Shown here: piece after piece, positions 60,965-64,000 of the stretch
How the letters are laid out: each line of letters begins with the position of its first letter
How positions within the stretch are numbered: the first letter of the stretch is position 1
Assembly: GCA_964608675.1 (NCBI GenBank)
Contig: CAZSOZ010000001.1
Span: 256,001 to 320,000, forward strand
Direction of reading: 5' to 3'
DNA from: an uncultured archaeon
Lineage (GTDB): Archaea; Iainarchaeota; Iainarchaeia; Iainarchaeales; 1-14-0-10-31-34
Length of the DNA stretch: 64,000 bases
Program-made: the position numbers and the translations under genes
The notes under the pieces: generated by a model
The model's database searches: none
Told to the model about the DNA's origin: nothing
The model's input: the letters and a program-made list of their open reading frames with translations, nothing else

Positions 60965-61133
60965 TTATAAACAATTATAAACATTTTTTAAGAACCCTGG
61001 AATGTCTTTAGAATTGAAGGAAAAGTCTATTGCAATTCCTTTAAGGTTAATTAATTTGTTTCCATTAAATTTGTAGCCTAAAGCAAGTAATTCTGTTTTC
61101 CTTTTTTTTTAAAGGCTTGTTTCTTTTCGGCAT
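60965..61133 (-). pseudogene. Possible frameshifted small basic ORF (break in an A9 run)
   Basis: MPKRNKPLKK... terminates after 22 codons. Removing one A at 61102-61110 gives a 55-aa ORF ending at TAA 60965. Confidence 0.3.
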
Positions 61134-61159
61134 CACAAAACTAATCCAAAACAGTTTTT

Positions 61160-64000
61160 TTAAAGGTATTCGTGTAATGACTTTTGTTCTATTTTGTCGT
61201 TTTTGAATACAGAGGAAATTTCTTTTTCTGCTAAATCAATTCTTTGTTTTAAGTAATCGCTTAATTCATATTCATTAATTATTTCTTTTGCAATTTTAAG
61301 GTATTTTTTAACTGAACCTTCTGCTATAGTTAAAATCAAGTTTCCTGAACATTTAGTGCATTTTCCTATTAAGGGAACCCTTCTGTATTTTGTATTACAT
61401 GAAGTGCACCGAAAATTTTGTCTTGAAAAAGCTCGTGTATTTCCAATTATGTCAGGAAAAAAATGAGACAGCATAACTCTTTCTAAGGCATCTTTTTCTT
61501 CAACTGCCTTGATTTTGTGCTGTAATTTTGCCTGCCTTTTTATTTTTTCTTCCATTGTTTTTAGTTTAACGTACATTGATTGTTTGGGTCCTTGGTCAAA
61601 TAAATCAGTGTTGTGAGTAAACATTAAATCCGAGTACTGGTTTGTTTTTCCAAGCCTTCTTTTTACTACTTCTACTTCCTTTAAGTTTGGTTCACTGTAT
61701 TCTAAAGTTTTGTAATAAAATTCTAAAGGGTATTTTGGGATTATTTCCATTTCATATACTTCGTTGTCTATTTCTGCTGGATTAAGCATTGTAGTAAAAA
61801 CTAAAGGAGCATCCATTCGTCCTCCTCTTGAACTTGGAAGATAGTGCTCTGAAAAGTTAAGCAGTGCATCCATTAACAATATAATTGAATCCTGGTCTCC
61901 GTCTGCATTTCTTCTTTTGCAGGTAATAAAATACGGGTGCCCCCAGCCTACTCTTGCTTTGCTGTAGCCTATAATTCTGCCGATTATTCCTGCAGATGTA
62001 TGGGGAGCCAAGCCAATAACCAGTTCTCCAATTAATTCTTCTTTTTGTGTTTTATTATAATATGGTTTTATTTCGTAAAATCTTTCAAGTAATTCATCAA
62101 TAAAATTTGTTGTTTTTATCAGCCAGTCTCCTGCGCCTTCATTTACTATTATGTCTTGAGGAAAAATTTCAATAATTTGTTCTTCTGATGTTATTTCTTT
62201 TCCATAAATGTCTTTTATGTACCCTAATTCTTTTGTTTTTTTTGTATTTAACCCTATTTCTTTGGGTTTAAAATGTGTTATTGGCGCATTAAGCAGTTCA
62301 AATCTTGTTGTTCCGTCTCTGAAAACATGTATTCCGTGTTTTGCTCTTAAAATTGCTTTTTCTATTGGTTCTGGTTCTTTTAAGTCTGAAATCAGTCCTT
62401 TTACTCCTTTAATTAATTCAGGCATTCTTACATTAATTTTTTGGAGTCCGTTGTAAACAGTTTCTTCCAAGTCAATTTCTCTTTCTTCTGCTTTAATCAT
62501 TTTTCCTCTGCATTGTTTGCATTCCACTGCATCTTTTTTTCCTATCCATCCGCATTTAATGCATTTGCTTATTCTTATTGTTTCAATTAAACATTTGCTG
62601 CATTTAGAAAAAGGAATTATTTTTGTGCATTTAGGGCATCTGAATAAAGCTAATTCTGTTTTAAGTTTTTTGTTTTTTGAATTAAGCAGTTCAATTGCTT
62701 TATTTATGCTTCTCGTGTTTCCCCCAAAGTTTCCTATTGGAAATAATCCATGCGGGTTTCCTTTCATTTCTCTTGGTTTTGCTTGTTCAGGTCTTCCCAT
62801 TCTTGCTCCAACAAAGCTTGCTCCTTTGTCTTTTATTTCTATTCCTGAATAATATTTCAATAAATCAAAAACGTTTTTTTCTTCTGTTTCTTCTATTTCT
62901 TTTGTGCTTAATGCTCCTAAAGTTTTAAGAAAAGAATATGCAAACTCTTCTTCAATCAGAATTTTTTCTTCTTTTATTTTGTGGGGCAAGCCAATTTTTT
63001 CCATTAATTCTTTTATGTTTTCTTTTAATTCAAATTTTGCTCCTGTTATTTTGTCTTCTTTGAATATTTTTTCTGCTTTTCTTGCTTCTTTCATTAATTT
63101 AATTATTTCTTCTGAATTTAATGCACTGTAATAATGAGTATATTTTGGATGCAGGGGAACTTCCAACTGCATGCTTAATTCAACTGCAGTGAATCCGTTC
63201 ATTTCTTTTATTTCAGGTATTGTTTCTTCGGTTTTTTTTTCTTTTAAGGCTTTTTTTAATTCCAGTTCATACCATTCTTCCACAAAAGAACTTGGAATTA
63301 AAGGATGAGAGCTTTTTCTGAAGTCCCCTAAGCTTACTAAAATGTCTCCTAAAAAAAGTATTTTTTCTATTTGAGGCTTTATTTTTTTTGCTTCTTCTTC
63401 TGAATCCAATCTCATTACATTTCTGTTTTTGAGTTTTACTATGGGGCCGTCAATTGTTGTGCAGGGAAACAATTGTGCAGCTTTTCCTGGTCTTTCAATT
63501 CTTATATGAGTGCCTACTGCAATAAAATCATCTAATACAATCATTGTTGCAGGATTAATTCCTTTTCCCATTATTCCTGTGTTTCTTCCTCTTCCATACC
63601 TTAATCTGAATCCTCCGTATTTTGTTGGATAAGCAAGCAAAGGTCTTCCTGCTGCTATGCTGTCTAAATACTTGTAATTTGGTTTTATTTCTGTTTTTGA
63701 TTCACTTATTTTTTTTACTTTGATTATTTTTTCCAGCCAGCTCCAGTCTAACTCCATTTTTTTTGCCCAGTCCATTATTTTCATTGCTTTTAATGCAACT
63801 CCTTCTGTTATAACCAATCCCATTCCGCCTCTTATTCTATTGGAGGGAACTCTTTCTAAGTCTCTGTGCACTGAAACTTCTTTTTTTTCTGTGGGAACAC
63901 CGTTAATGCATACAGGGCATCCTCTTACTATTGTTCTTATTTCGTTTTCTGAAATCTTGTACTGCCTTGAAAAAATTTCTGTTTGATAAATTGTGATTTC
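61160..64000 (-). CDS. polC: DNA polymerase D large subunit DP2, 5'-truncated by the window edge
   Basis: The frame is open to 64000 (…CPVCINGVPTE…). Motifs RIRGG, GGFRLRYGR, GARMGRPE, FRDGT.R, LAPHTSAG, KRRNADGDQD, GGRMDAPL and a C-terminal Zn finger. Confidence 0.97.
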   Translation of the reverse strand, partial: EITIYQTEIFSRQYKISENEIRTIVRGCPVCINGVPTEKKEVSVHRDLERVPSNRIRGGMGLVITEGVALKAMKIMDWAKKMELDWSWLEKIIKVKKISESKTEIKPNYKYLDSIAAGRPLLAYPTKYGGFRLRYGRGRNTGIMGKGINPATMIVLDDFIAVGTHIRIERPGKAAQLFPCTTIDGPIVKLKNRNVMRLDSEEEAKKIKPQIEKILFLGDILVSLGDFRKSSHPLIPSSFVEEWYELELKKALKEKKTEETIPEIKEMNGFTAVELSMQLEVPLHPKYTHYYSALNSEEIIKLMKEARKAEKIFKEDKITGAKFELKENIKELMEKIGLPHKIKEEKILIEEEFAYSFLKTLGALSTKEIEETEEKNVFDLLKYYSGIEIKDKGASFVGARMGRPEQAKPREMKGNPHGLFPIGNFGGNTRSINKAIELLNSKNKKLKTELALFRCPKCTKIIPFSKCSKCLIETIRISKCIKCGWIGKKDAVECKQCRGKMIKAEEREIDLEETVYNGLQKINVRMPELIKGVKGLISDLKEPEPIEKAILRAKHGIHVFRDGTTRFELLNAPITHFKPKEIGLNTKKTKELGYIKDIYGKEITSEEQIIEIFPQDIIVNEGAGDWLIKTTNFIDELLERFYEIKPYYNKTQKEELIGELVIGLAPHTSAGIIGRIIGYSKARVGWGHPYFITCKRRNADGDQDSIILLMDALLNFSEHYLPSSRGGRMDAPLVFTTMLNPAEIDNEVYEMEIIPKYPLEFYYKTLEYSEPNLKEVEVVKRRLGKTNQYSDLMFTHNTDLFDQGPKQSMYVKLKTMEEKIKRQAKLQHKIKAVEEKDALERVMLSHFFPDIIGNTRAFSRQNFRCTSCNTKYRRVPLIGKCTKCSGNLILTIAEGSVKKYLKIAKEIINEYELSDYLKQRIDLAEKEISSVFKNDKIEQKSLHEYL

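Noticed and set aside
61160-64000. Intein in DP2
   Set aside because: The sequence is continuous through the usual insertion motif.

Overview
This is an AT-rich, gene-dense archaeal chromosomal segment. Archaeal markers are PolD DP2, Orc1/Cdc6, Hel308, aCPSF1, proteasome beta, NAC and geranylgeranyl reductase. The many orphan surface proteins, bacterial-type GAPDH and LeuRS, and compact layout suggest a DPANN lineage (inference). In order, the window holds: a type IV pilus locus with several class III signal-peptide proteins and a vWA/LVIVD-propeller putative adhesin (1-9.8 kb); gap-pgk, leuS, ferredoxin-GGR and other housekeeping genes; and a putative RiPP cluster (27.8-35.7 kb). The RiPP cluster has an unannotated 35-aa YxxP-leader precursor, an EpeE/YydG-like radical SAM enzyme, a standalone PqqD/RRE, an HPr-kinase-like kinase, a nucleotidyltransferase, a soluble S24/S26 peptidase and flanking glycosyltransferases. 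After it come aCPSF1 interrupted by a 451-aa LAGLIDADG intein, a Gly-rich/giant surface-protein operon, and cdc6, sepF and polC. I recognised no rRNA, tRNA, CRISPR array or transposase. All calls come from reading motifs by eye, and no database search was run.
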